From: Lama glama
Taxonomy: Eukaryota
Reading direction: 5' to 3'
NCBI GenBank assembly: GCA_028534125.1
Contig: CM052818.1
Span: 49,540,001 to 49,604,000, forward strand
Length of the DNA stretch: 64,000 bases
Positions 62,628 to 64,000 of the stretch are shown piece by piece. The notes below the pieces were generated by a model that saw only the letters and a program-made list of their open reading frames with translations, was not told the origin of the DNA and did no database searches. Every line of letters begins with the position of its first letter. Within the stretch, counting starts at the first letter, position 1. Position numbers and translations under genes: made by a program.

Positions 62628-63160
62628 ATCAACCAGAGGAAACTTCAGAATGTACGTGTCATTCGTTTCTCTACTAGACCCTTACTCCTAATTGCTTTTA
62701 GGGTAAAGACCAAAATCCCTTGCGTTTTCAGTCCCTCCAGCACACTGATCCCCAGTCCTGCTGTCAGGAATTCTCTCTGCTCACTCCTCCACTCTGTCAG
62801 ATCTCAACTTGAAGGTCGCTTCCTCCATGACCTTCCTACTTGACCATGCTGACCCTATGCCATCTTCATCTCACTCCATCATATTAATCGCAGATGCAGC
62901 CGGGCACCTATGAAGGTCCTCATTCGACTGCTGCCTTCCGACCCCGCTCAACCAGGTGTGCATCTGAGGAGAGCCCATGGTACCCTCAGTGCTGAGCACA
63001 GCGCCTGGGACCCAAGAAAAGCTCAACACAGCCTTTAAATAAATATGTTTCAGAGAAACATATGGTAAACAAAACTTTTTTAAAAATAAATAAATGTTTG
63101 TGGATGGATGATAGGGTGAGTCACTCTGATTACAGGGTCACCACAAAAACTGCTTGGCTT

Positions 63161-63320
63161 GGCGGGAAGCGCATAGCTCGGGGTAGAGTGTGTGTTTAGC
63201 AGGCACGAGGTCCTCGGTTCAATCCCCAGGACCTCCATAAAAAATAAATAAGTAAATAAATGAATAAAAATAAACCTAATTACCTCCCCACCCCAAAAAC
63301 ATTAATTAAAAAAAATTTTT
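63161..63320 (+). mobile_element. tRNA-derived SINE, camelid Vic-1-like
   Basis: TAGCTCGGGGTAGAG (A box)...GGTTCAATCCCC (B box), then AAACCTAATTACCTCCCC and an A tail; TSD AAACTGCTTGGCTT / AAATACTTGGCTT. Confidence 0.92.
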
Positions 63321-64000
63321 AAATACTTGGCTTCACCCATTAAATGTATGGCTCACTGTCCTGCCTTCATGTACAGCATACAATGAACTTGACTGAATCT
63401 GTTTAAGAACCCAGTATCGTCAAGTGAAGTTATCATTAATCTTTTCACGCTCCCACCGTCCATTTTACCAACCTCGGAAAGCTCTGTATCTGCTCCTGAG
63501 CAAACCCACGGATTACCTATGTGCACGTAAAATGTGGTTCACGACTGTAGCCAGTGCATTCCCGGAGCCCAGCGAGGAACCCCCGTCCCCGTGTCCTAGG
63601 AGCATCTTCCTAGACTCGAGTGTGACTGTGCAGGGAGCCCGGTGCCTTGGACTTGCTGACCCGAGGTCCTCCGTGCCTCGGGAAGGGGCTGGTTGTTATG
63701 AATCCCGGAAGCAAACACACCGACCAGAAGGCCAGCCCGACCAGCCGCTGAAGGTGGCATCTGTGGGAAGTGCCAGGGCCTCCTGGAGCCTGGGGACTGG
63801 AGGTAACGTGAGAGTCGTAGCCTGCTGCTTGGCTCAGAACGGGGACGCAACGAGACTGGCTGTGATTTAAACCTGCTGGTTAGTTTTCACTCTAAATAAC
63901 CCATTCCAGCCATCGCTTCACCATTCATCATCTGTTAAGCTAAACAACCTTCAAAGGAAGACATGAGAAAATTCCACTTTGCCAAAGAAAATGCAAACTA

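Noticed and set aside
63161..63235. tRNA-like sequence (also 22385-22461)
   Set aside because: SINE head with SINE body, A tail and TSD; not a tRNA gene.

Overview
Mammalian genomic DNA, most likely a camelid (Camelus/Vicugna): it has two tRNA-derived SINEs of the Vic-1 type and cetartiodactyl-style L1 3' ends. The species call and all repeat family names are from recall and need RepeatMasker/BLAST. I recognise no cellular protein-coding exon. The only ORFs with recognisable homology are decayed LINE-1 ORF1p/ORF2p remnants. The window is non-coding (intergenic or intronic) and rich in repeats: L1, L2, CR1/L3, MIR, MaLR and ERV1-type solo LTRs, MER5/Tigger DNA transposons, and mini/microsatellites. 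It also contains a 500-N assembly gap and five CpG islands (about 6.5, 16.9, 23, 46.3 and 54 kb) with no assignable gene. I found no convincing novel biological system. The points most worth checking are the orphan promoter-like CpG islands, a few motif-dense candidate enhancers, an inverted pair of related solo LTRs, and several mechanistically informative L1 insertions (twin-priming inversions, a TSD-flanked internal deletion, a TSD-flanked 3'-truncated copy). Old repeats also look enriched in GC/CpG.
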